Shown in pieces: positions 54,892 through 64,000 of a DNA stretch of 64,000 bases (the first letter of the stretch is position 1; every line of letters begins with the position of its first letter). The notes beneath the pieces were generated by a model. It ran no database searches. It had not been told where the DNA came from and saw only the letters and a list, made by a program, of their open reading frames with translations. A program made the position numbers and the translations under genes. This DNA comes from an uncultured Flavobacteriales bacterium (GTDB lineage Bacteria; Bacteroidota; Bacteroidia; Flavobacteriales_D; Parvicellaceae), in NCBI GenBank assembly GCA_963926405.1, contig CAWUXI010000019.1, positions 3,316 through 67,315 of the forward strand. Direction: 5' to 3'.

Positions 54892-57246
54892 ATGAAGAAA
54901 GCAACCAACATCATTTTAACATCTATTTTCACTTTTCTATTCTGCACGATTGCCTTTGGCCAGAGTGGAACTATTAGGGGAACTGTTTTTGAAAAAGAAT
55001 CCGGAGACCCTGTTATTTTTAGCAGTGTTTTAATAAAGGACCATGCTTTTGGTGGAAGCACCGACGTAAATGGTTTTTATCAGATTTCAAAAGTGCCACC
55101 TGGCACATATATTTTGACTATTGGATCCATGGAATATGCTCCAATAGAAATTGAAGTAACAGTAAGATCAGAAAGAATAACTAGTCAAAATATTTTTTTA
55201 GAAAGTGTACTAGACGAAGTTGAAATTAATGCAACCAGAATAGAAGATAAAACAAAGGTTAAAATTTCAGTTATAAAAGCTACTAAAAAGGACATCAAGG
55301 CTGTTCCATCAGTTGGCGGGGAATCTGATATTGCCACCTATTTTCAAACCGTGCCAGGCGTGGTAACCACTGGCGACCAGGGGGGGCAAATGTATGTAAG
55401 GGGTGGATCTCCTGTACAAAATAAAGTATTATTGGACGGGATGGTAATTTACAACCCTTTTCACTCAATAGGTTTTTTCTCCGTTTTTGATACGGAAATT
55501 ATTCGTAATGCTGATATCTATACAGGAGGATATAGCGCAACTTATGGAGGTAGAATTTCATCAATTATGGACATTACCACTAAAGATGGAAACAAGATGG
55601 AAACTTCAGGCAGAGTTGCATTAAACCCTTTTGGCGCTAAACTAACTTTAGGAGGTCCATTACAGGGCAAGAAGAAAAGAGAAACGAACGATGGTAGAGC
55701 TAATATTACTTACCTGTTTTCTGGAAAACATTCGTATTTAGAGCAAAGCTCTAAAGCATTGTACAGTTATATTGATACAGCTGGTCTACCGTATGGTTTT
55801 ACTGATTTATATGGGAAAATATCTATGCATGGAAATAACGGTAGTAAATTCAATGTATTTGGTTTTAATTTTAGAGACAATGTAACCTGGCAACAACTCT
55901 CTACATTAAAGTGGAGTTCATTTGGTATAGGGACAAACTTTGTAATGGTTCCAGAAGGAAGTCCAGTTCTTATCAGTGGGAAATTTAATTACTCACAATA
56001 TGGAATTGGAATGCGAGAAAGTTTTCCAGACCCTACAAAAATGGTTTTACCCGATTCTAGCACAGTGAAAGGTTTTAGTGGTGGATTTGATTTCAAATAC
56101 TTTTTAGAAGGTGACGATGAAATCAGATATGGAATTTCTTTAGAAGGTTTACGTACAGAATATTCTTTCTTTAATTCCGCAGGAAGAGAAATTGAACAAA
56201 CTCAAAATACTACCGAAATTTCTGCTTATATAGATTATAAAATAGTAAGAGGAAGACTTGTCCTTAATCCTAGTTTTAGATTGCAAGCTTATGCAACATC
56301 AAAAATCACATCTCCCGAACCTAGATTAGGTATTAAATACAATGTGAATGAAAGTTTTCGTTTAAAATTTGCCGGAGGATTATACTCTCAAAATCTTACA
56401 AGCGCCAACTCTGATAGAGATGTCGTAAATTTATTTTATGGTTTTTTAACAGGTTCCGAAGACTTACAGGACTCCCTAACTGCTCCAAATGGAAATACAA
56501 AAGAATTAACACATTCTCTCCAAAAAGCGACACATGCAATTGCTGGATTTGAGTATGACATCGATAAAAACTTATCGCTAAATGTGGAAGGATATTACAA
56601 ATGGTTTAACCAGTTAACGAATACCAACCGGAATAAAATCTATGATGATTCTCCAAATACGGACCCATCTATCCCAGATGTTTTGAAAAAAGATTACATC
56701 GTTGAAACAGGTCAGGCCTTTGGAGTTGACTTAGTATTAAAGCATACAGCTAACAGAACTTATATTTGGTTTGTTTACTCTTTAGGAAAAGTGGACAGAT
56801 GGGATGGCATTCAAACGTACGCACCTGTTTTTGACAGAAGGCATAACATAAATTTTATAGCTACTTATTTCTTAGACAAGAAGAAAAACTGGGAATTAAA
56901 TGGAAGATGGAACCTCGGTTCTGGATTACCATTTACGCAAACCCAAGGATACTATCAAAATATTGATTTTTCTCAAGGAATTGGAACGAACGTTACTACA
57001 GCTAATACAGATCAACTAGGAACGTTATACGCAGATATAAACAAGGGAAGATTGCCTGTTTATCACCGTTTAGACATTACATTAAAAAAACATATTGAAT
57101 TAAAGAACAAGAGTAAAATGGAAATTACTGCCAGTGCAACAAATGCATATAGTCGTGAAAACATTTTCTTTGTTGATAGAGTTACTAATGAAAAGGTATA
57201 CCAGCTTCCCCTGATTCCTAGTCTTGGATTTAGTTGGACATTCTAG
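54892..57246 (+). CDS. TonB-dependent receptor with carboxypeptidase-regulatory-like N-domain
   Basis: 784 aa with a signal peptide. It has a CarboxypepD_reg-like segment (GTIRGTVFEKESGDPV...GTYILTI), a plug region, a long beta-barrel and a terminal aromatic residue (...GFSWTF). Confidence 0.85.
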   Translation: MKKATNIILTSIFTFLFCTIAFGQSGTIRGTVFEKESGDPVIFSSVLIKDHAFGGSTDVNGFYQISKVPPGTYILTIGSMEYAPIEIEVTVRSERITSQNIFLESVLDEVEINATRIEDKTKVKISVIKATKKDIKAVPSVGGESDIATYFQTVPGVVTTGDQGGQMYVRGGSPVQNKVLLDGMVIYNPFHSIGFFSVFDTEIIRNADIYTGGYSATYGGRISSIMDITTKDGNKMETSGRVALNPFGAKLTLGGPLQGKKKRETNDGRANITYLFSGKHSYLEQSSKALYSYIDTAGLPYGFTDLYGKISMHGNNGSKFNVFGFNFRDNVTWQQLSTLKWSSFGIGTNFVMVPEGSPVLISGKFNYSQYGIGMRESFPDPTKMVLPDSSTVKGFSGGFDFKYFLEGDDEIRYGISLEGLRTEYSFFNSAGREIEQTQNTTEISAYIDYKIVRGRLVLNPSFRLQAYATSKITSPEPRLGIKYNVNESFRLKFAGGLYSQNLTSANSDRDVVNLFYGFLTGSEDLQDSLTAPNGNTKELTHSLQKATHAIAGFEYDIDKNLSLNVEGYYKWFNQLTNTNRNKIYDDSPNTDPSIPDVLKKDYIVETGQAFGVDLVLKHTANRTYIWFVYSLGKVDRWDGIQTYAPVFDRRHNINFIATYFLDKKKNWELNGRWNLGSGLPFTQTQGYYQNIDFSQGIGTNVTTANTDQLGTLYADINKGRLPVYHRLDITLKKHIELKNKSKMEITASATNAYSRENIFFVDRVTNEKVYQLPLIPSLGFSWTF

Positions 57247-57351
57247 AACAATGCATATCTTTTTTGAGATTAATTACAAACTTGTAAAAAAAAATTAAAA
57301 CTTTTGGCAAAAAAGAGCTTTTAGATAGGCTTTCTACCTTATCTTTACGTC

Positions 57352-59017
<1,666 letters not shown>

Positions 59018-59023
59018 TATCAA

Positions 59024-59443
59024 ATGGAAAAACCGTCAGCATCTGCTATCGTAGATAAAATGTATGAAGACGATTTATTCAGCAAATGGCTTGGCATTGA
59101 CATTTTAGAAAAAGGAATTGGAAAATCCAAACTTGTAATGACCATTAGAAATGAAATGGTAAATGGTTTTGGCGTTGCTCATGGAGGAATTACCTACTCT
59201 TTAGCAGATAGTGCATTAGCTTTTGCTTGCAACTCGCAAGGAAGGGAATCTATGTCGATTGAGACTTCCATATCACACACCAAACCAAGCTATGTTGGAG
59301 ATGTGTTAACCGCTGAAGCTGTTGAAGAAAGTATATCTTACAAAATTGCTGTTTATCATATCTCTGTGAAAAATCAAAATAACGAAACAGTAGCCCTATT
59401 TAAAGGAACTGTTTATAGAACAAGTAAGAATTGGGTTCTTTAA
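59024..59443 (+). CDS. paaI: hotdog-fold acyl-CoA thioesterase, PaaI type
   Basis: 139 aa. Pattern VAHGGITYSLADSALAFAC. It sits in a paa gene context. Confidence 0.75.
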   Translation: MEKPSASAIVDKMYEDDLFSKWLGIDILEKGIGKSKLVMTIRNEMVNGFGVAHGGITYSLADSALAFACNSQGRESMSIETSISHTKPSYVGDVLTAEAVEESISYKIAVYHISVKNQNNETVALFKGTVYRTSKNWVL

Positions 59444-59508
59444 TTGGTAATTATTAATTAATACTGTTCTTATTTTAGTTAATTTCAAATCTTAAAATAA
59501 CACTTTAC

Positions 59509-60717
59509 ATGAAAGACGCTTATATAATAGATGCAATCAGAACCCCAATAGGAAATTTCGGAGGCACATTATCGCCTGTCAGAACAGATGATTTAGGAGC
59601 AATTGTAATAAAGGAGTTGATTTCAAGAAACCCATCTCTTAATACAGAAGAAATAGAAGATGTATTGTACGGTTGTGCAAATCAAGCAGGTGAGGACAAT
59701 AGAAATGTAGCCCGTATGTGCTCTTTGTTAGCGGGCCTCCCCTATTCTATTGGTGGAGAAACCGTTAATCGACTTTGCGCGTCTGGGATGGCTTCCACTA
59801 TAAATGGATCTAGAGCCATTAAAATCGGAGATGGAGATATTTACCTTACAGGAGGTGTAGAACATATGACACGTGCACCTTGGATCATTTCTAAAGCATC
59901 TCAACCATTTGGCAGAGATGCTCAAATGCACGATTCAAGTTTTGGATGGCGGTTTATCAATCCTAAAATGAAAGAGTTATATGGTGTTGATGGAATGGGA
60001 CAAACTGCCGAAAACTTAGCTGATATTTATAAAATAAGTCGAGAAGATCAAGATCAATTTGCTTTCTGGTCTCAAATGAAAGCTACTGAAGCACAAAATA
60101 ATGGCAGGCTCGCTGCGGAAATTGTTCCTGTAATTATACCTCAACGAAAAAAAGAGCCTATCATTTTTGAGAAAGATGAATTTATTAAGTCAACGACAAC
60201 GCTAGAAATATTAGGCAAACTAAGACCTGCTTTTAGAAAAGAAGGTGGAACTGTAACAGCAGGAAATGCATCTGGATTAAACGATGGAGCTGGAGCCATT
60301 TTACTTGCTTCTGCTGAAGCAGCTGCAAGGAACAACCTTACTCCAAAAGCAAGAATAGTATCATCTGCTGTTGCAGGTGTTGAACCACGAATTATGGGAA
60401 TTGGACCTGTTAAAGCTTCGCAAAAAGCATTGAAAAGAGCTGGTCTAACTTTAGACGACATGGACATAATTGAATTAAACGAAGCATTCGCTGCTCAAGC
60501 ATTGGCTTGTACTAGGGAATTGGGGTTAGAAGATAATGACCCTAGGATAAATCCAAATGGTGGAGCAATTGCAATTGGCCATCCACTCGGAATGACAGGT
60601 TCTAGGATACTTCAAACAGCAATGCTTGAACTTCACAAGCAAAATAAAAAATATGCATTGGTCACTATGTGCATAGGTGTTGGACAAGGGTACGCAACAA
60701 TAATTGAAAGAGTTTAA
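59509..60717 (+). CDS. 3-ketoacyl-CoA thiolase (PaaJ/PcaF-type by context)
   Basis: 402 aa. Active-site Cys context VNRLCASG and C-terminal motifs NPNGGAIAIGHPLG and CIGVGQG. Confidence 0.9.
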   Translation: MKDAYIIDAIRTPIGNFGGTLSPVRTDDLGAIVIKELISRNPSLNTEEIEDVLYGCANQAGEDNRNVARMCSLLAGLPYSIGGETVNRLCASGMASTINGSRAIKIGDGDIYLTGGVEHMTRAPWIISKASQPFGRDAQMHDSSFGWRFINPKMKELYGVDGMGQTAENLADIYKISREDQDQFAFWSQMKATEAQNNGRLAAEIVPVIIPQRKKEPIIFEKDEFIKSTTTLEILGKLRPAFRKEGGTVTAGNASGLNDGAGAILLASAEAAARNNLTPKARIVSSAVAGVEPRIMGIGPVKASQKALKRAGLTLDDMDIIELNEAFAAQALACTRELGLEDNDPRINPNGGAIAIGHPLGMTGSRILQTAMLELHKQNKKYALVTMCIGVGQGYATIIERV

Positions 60718-60731
60718 TGAAGTATTATGTA

Positions 60732-60785
60732 AATTGTATAAAGTATTAAGTAAGACTTACTTAATACTTTATACTTAATACAATT
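60732..60785. repeat. palindromic intergenic element, copy C
   Basis: GTATAAAGTATTAAGTAAG (60736-60754) pairs perfectly with CTTACTTAATACTTTATAC (60756-60774). It is flanked by AATTGTAT (60732-60739) and ATACAATT (60778-60785). ACTTAATAC occurs at 60759 and 60773. Confidence 0.8.
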
Positions 60786-60789
60786 AACA

Positions 60790-61377
60790 ATGATATACGA
60801 ATTTAACGGTTTTAAACCAGTCATACACGCCTCTGCATTTATACATCCCCAGGCAAATGTGACAGGTAATGTTTTCATTGGGAAAGATGTTTACATCGGA
60901 CCTTTCTGTACAATCCGAGGGGATTTTGGCAAAATAATCATTGAAGATGGTTGCAATGTTCAAGAGAGTTGCACAGTTCATATGTTTCCTGGAACAATTA
61001 CTACCTTAAAAAGGAATGCACACATCGGTCATGGTGCCATTATCCATGGTGGAACTGTTGGCGAAAACTGTTTAATAGGAATGAATGCAGTGGTGATGGA
61101 CAATGTTGTAATTGGAGATGGTTGTATTATTGGGGCCCTCTGTTTTGTTCCTGCTAAAACGGAGATTCCAGACCGAAAAATAGTAGTTGGTAATCCTGGG
61201 AAAATTGTAAAAGATGTTAGTGATGAGATGTTAAAATGGAAAACGGAAGGAACAAAGATTTATCAGAAATTAGCAAAGGATTGCCACACTATTTTAAAGG
61301 AATGTGAACCGCTTCGTGAAGCTGAACCAAATCGTCCTGAGCAGGAAGCAGCTTATAAAATTTGGAAAGATTCTTAG
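60790..61377 (+). CDS. paaY: hexapeptide-repeat (gamma-carbonic-anhydrase-like) protein, PaaY type
   Basis: 195 aa. It has left-handed beta-helix hexapeptide repeats (IGKDVYIGPFCTIRGD..., IGHGAIIHGGTVGENCLIGMNAVV). It sits in a paa gene context. Confidence 0.75.
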   Translation: MIYEFNGFKPVIHASAFIHPQANVTGNVFIGKDVYIGPFCTIRGDFGKIIIEDGCNVQESCTVHMFPGTITTLKRNAHIGHGAIIHGGTVGENCLIGMNAVVMDNVVIGDGCIIGALCFVPAKTEIPDRKIVVGNPGKIVKDVSDEMLKWKTEGTKIYQKLAKDCHTILKECEPLREAEPNRPEQEAAYKIWKDS

Positions 61378-61550
61378 GGCTATTTGATAAGTGAGACGTT
61401 AACCAATAGAAAAGTATTGCGGAACATTAAAAACTACGGGGAGTAATCAGTAATACTGGAAAGTTTTTTTTTTATAAAAGGGAAGATAAAAATATTTTTA
61501 AGTCAATACCGTCCTATATCTTTTCTTTAACCAGTAAATGTCCTTTTGCC

Positions 61551-61586
61551 GTGCCGATAGCTATCGGTAGAGCACTTCATTTTTTA
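61551..61586 (+). terminator. terminator-like hairpin about 170 nt downstream of paaY
   Basis: GTGC-CGATAG (61551-61560) pairs with CTATCG-GTAGA-GCAC (61561-61575). The palindromic core is CCGATAGCTATCGG. It is followed by TTCATTTTTT. Confidence 0.45.
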
Positions 61587-61817
61587 TCTTGACATAAAAA
61601 ACGAAGCAAAAAAAGTCAAGGCTGCCAAAGAAAAATCATTTCTACCTTCATATTTGCTAATTGCGACCAAATGATTTCCTCGCAATTTTCTTCGGAACTT
61701 TTTGGTCTTTCTAAGCAATTATTTTGTTCTCAATAATCTTCCTTTGGAGGCCAATTTTACATCTATATTCAATTCATAGAACTCTTTGCCATAAAGAGCA
61801 GTGAGGAACAGTAAAAA

Positions 61818-62075
61818 CTACACATACAAATTATCATCTTCATTAAGATCTTCAATAGAATAAGAAATAGTTGCTTCAATCATTTCTTCTTTTAATCCTT
61901 TAGCTAATTCGACCTCAAATGCTTTAATAATTTCTTCACAAACACCCTTTTCAACGCGCTTTTTCCGTTTACTTTTGGACAAAAGTACACCCGCTAATAA
62001 ATTCTGCCATTCGCCCTTATGCGCTTTTACCACTTCCTCCACATTAGTTACATCTATATCTATTATTATTCGCAT
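61818..62075 (-). CDS. small hypothetical protein (uncertain)
   Basis: 85 aa, Glu/Lys-rich, with no recognisable motif. It is the only ORF in a 0.9-kb gap between paaY and paaZ. Confidence 0.35.
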   Translation of the reverse strand: MRIIIDIDVTNVEEVVKAHKGEWQNLLAGVLLSKSKRKKRVEKGVCEEIIKAFEVELAKGLKEEMIEATISYSIEDLNEDDNLYV

Positions 62076-62160
62076 ACTTCCTTTTTTGATTAAAGCTTCA
62101 CAATATTACTAGAAGTAATTGAAATCCATACGGCATCTGCTTTATTTTTCTAAACGATTT

Positions 62161-62188
62161 ACTTTAATAGATTAACTTTAATAGATAA
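62161..62188. repeat. tandem 14-bp direct repeat in the divergent region upstream of paaZ
   Basis: ACTTTAATAGATTA (62161-62174) is followed directly by ACTTTAATAGATAA (62175-62188), matching at 13 of 14 positions. It lies 112 nt upstream of the paaZ ATG and 86 nt upstream of the 85-aa ORF on the other strand. Confidence 0.6.
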
Positions 62189-62299
62189 ACTAACTAAGGC
62201 TGCTCTTTCGCAGGAGTGAAGAGAATATAAGAAGATCACGTGTCTAACTTTCCATACTCAACGGATTTCTTATCTTTAGTGCTCAAATTAGGAACAAAT

Positions 62300-64000
62300 A
62301 TGAAAATACAAAATTATATATTAGGAAACTGGGAAGATGGAGAAGGTGTTGAATTGGAATTGCACAACGCTATTACTGGAGAGAATTTTGGCTCTGTTTC
62401 AAGTGCAGGTCTTGACTATGCTGCTATATTAGAATACGGAAGAGAGAAAGGTGGATATGCTTTGCGTAAAATGACCTTCCAAGAAAGAGGTTTAATGCTA
62501 AAGGCATTAGCACTTCACCTAATGGAAATTAAAAATAAGTTTTATGCATTAAGTGCTGTCACCGGAGCCACAAAAGTGGATTCTTGGATAGATATTGAAG
62601 GCGGAATCGGCAACTTATTTGCCAATGCCTCACTAAGAAGGCAATTCCCAGATTTACCTTATTATGTAGACGGAAGTGCAGCAGCAATGTCTAAGAACGG
62701 AACTTTTATAGGTCATCATATCCAAGTTCCAAAGAAAGGTATTGCTATTCATATAAATGCATTTAACTTCCCTATTTGGGGAATGCTTGAAAAGATTGCT
62801 GTTAACATAATGGCAGGTGTTCCTGCTGTTGTTAAACCTTCAGAATTTACTAGTTATTTGACTGAGCTAATGGTAAGAGAAATTATTGCTTCTAAAATAT
62901 TACCGGAAGGAGCATTGCAATTAGTTTCCGGATTAGGTCGTGGAATTATTGACCATGTTACCAATCAAGATGTAATAACATTTACGGGCTCTGCTGCAAC
63001 TGGAAAAAAACTAAAAGGACTACCGCATATTATTGAAGAGTCTGTCCCATTTAACTTAGAAGCAGATTCACTTAATGCTTGTGTATTGGGTGAAGATGCT
63101 TTTCCTGGAACTCCAGAATTTGACATTTTCATAAAAGAAGTCCAAAGAGAAATTACAGTTAAAGCTGGCCAGAAATGTACAGCAGTAAGAAGGATATTAG
63201 TTCCAGAAAAATTAATGGAAGATGTTCAAACTGCCCTTTCTGCAAGGTTAGCAAAAACTATTATTGGCAACCCGGCTACCGAAGGTGTTCGAATGGGTGC
63301 ATTAGCAACAAATCTGCAAGTAGAAAGAGTAAGAGAAAGTGTTGAACTTTTGATGAAAGAGCAAGACATTGTTTACGGAGATTTAGACAACTTTGAAGTC
63401 ATTGGAGCTGATAAAAATAAAGGTGCCTTCTTCTCCCCTATTCTTTTTAGAAATGACAATCCTTTTGAAAAAATTGGAGTCCATTCAATTGAGGCTTTTG
63501 GACCAGTATCAACGCTAATGCCCTATAAAAACTTAGATGAGGCAGTAAAACTTGTAGAATTAGGAAAAGGATCCTTGGTTACTTCAATCATTACAAACGA
63601 TGATAAATTAGCTAGAGAATTTGTAACCGAAGCAGCTCACATGAATGGTCGAATATTGGTTCTTAATGAAAGATGTGCTAAAGAAAGCACTGGACACGGA
63701 TCACCAATGCCCTTATTAACGCATGGTGGACCAGGTCGTGCTGGTGGCGGTGAAGAAATGGGTGGAATTAGAGGTGTTTTGCATTATATGCAGAGAACCG
63801 CTATTCAAGGACACCCAACTACAATTTCTAAAATCACGCAACAATTTCAAGTTGGAGCAGATATGCCAGAAGCAAATCCACATGTGTTTAGAAAGCATTT
63901 TGAAGAATTAGAAATCGGTGAGACTGTATTTACACATAAGCACACGGTTACAACAACTGACATTGTAAACTTTGCGAATGTAAGTGGAGATAATTTTTAC
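62300..64000 (+). CDS. paaZ: bifunctional aldehyde dehydrogenase / MaoC-hydratase PaaZ (3' end beyond the window)
   Basis: The frame is open for all 567 codons from ATG 62300 to the window edge. I translated it by hand, and it is absent from the ORF track because it has no stop. ALDH motifs are FNFPIWGMLEK, GQKCTAVRR and EAFGPV. The MaoC hotdog domain begins at ...HVFRKHFEELEIGE. Confidence 0.85.
   Translation, partial: MKIQNYILGNWEDGEGVELELHNAITGENFGSVSSAGLDYAAILEYGREKGGYALRKMTFQERGLMLKALALHLMEIKNKFYALSAVTGATKVDSWIDIEGGIGNLFANASLRRQFPDLPYYVDGSAAAMSKNGTFIGHHIQVPKKGIAIHINAFNFPIWGMLEKIAVNIMAGVPAVVKPSEFTSYLTELMVREIIASKILPEGALQLVSGLGRGIIDHVTNQDVITFTGSAATGKKLKGLPHIIEESVPFNLEADSLNACVLGEDAFPGTPEFDIFIKEVQREITVKAGQKCTAVRRILVPEKLMEDVQTALSARLAKTIIGNPATEGVRMGALATNLQVERVRESVELLMKEQDIVYGDLDNFEVIGADKNKGAFFSPILFRNDNPFEKIGVHSIEAFGPVSTLMPYKNLDEAVKLVELGKGSLVTSIITNDDKLAREFVTEAAHMNGRILVLNERCAKESTGHGSPMPLLTHGGPGRAGGGEEMGGIRGVLHYMQRTAIQGHPTTISKITQQFQVGADMPEANPHVFRKHFEELEIGETVFTHKHTVTTTDIVNFANVSGDNFY

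Noticed and set aside
60141-60467. 108-aa antisense ORF inside the thiolase gene, and similar long antisense or alternative-frame ORFs (626-940, 1101-1364, 18337-18705, 22889-23263, 36993-37337, 49754-50071, 40473-40691).
   Set aside because: Each lies fully inside a confidently identified gene on the opposite strand or in another frame. They have low-complexity Ser/Pro/Ala/Ile-rich composition and no motifs. They are typical shadow ORFs.
61590-61817. Possible transposase or IS remnant in the paaY-paaZ gap.
   Set aside because: Hand translation of both strands gives only short, stop-interrupted, low-complexity frames. I saw no terminal inverted repeats or DDE-like motifs. It is retained only as an unexplained gap in the findings.

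Overview
This is an AT-rich 64-kb chromosomal segment (by eye about one-third G+C; not computed). Gene content and signals point to Bacteroidota, most likely a Flavobacteriales-type organism. The supporting signals are TAnnTTTG -7 promoter boxes, no Shine-Dalgarno sequences, a T9SS-type C-terminal sorting domain, S46/S9/S8 peptidases, a divergent amidase/LptD-like pair, DUF349, and a TonB-dependent receptor with a carboxypeptidase-regulatory N-domain.

I call 55 protein-coding genes. The last one, paaZ, runs off the 3' edge and is absent from the ORF track. Almost all are housekeeping, envelope or peptide-utilisation functions:
- fur-like/STAS/purA
- an HdrD-like Fe-S operon
- mlaD, amidase, lptD-like, ridA
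- an ArnC/PAP2/ArnT-like envelope-lipid modification operon
- pyrD, recR, gdhA, panB, pyrG
- several peptidases
- a partial phenylacetate cluster (paaI, thiolase, paaY ... paaZ)

Several ORF-track starts were trimmed to internal ATGs where a signal peptide or a promoter box argues for it. I found no rRNA, tRNA, CRISPR array, transposase, integrase, phage gene or recognisable defence or toxin-antitoxin gene. I therefore cannot honestly nominate a clear-cut novel multi-gene system.

The observations most worth a second look are:
1. A family of AT-rich palindromic intergenic elements sharing exact motifs, with three copies that each sit between co-directional genes.
2. Perfect -7 boxes only 4-6 nt from four start codons, implying leaderless mRNAs.
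3. A small lipoprotein with a Kunitz/BPTI-like cysteine framework.
4. Two tandem paralogous membrane proteins next to a 412-bp gene-free stretch.
5. An S46 peptidase with a C-terminal TPR extension.
6. A 0.9-kb almost gene-free gap with tandem direct repeats splitting the paa genes.

All functional calls rest on motif recognition by eye. No database search was run.
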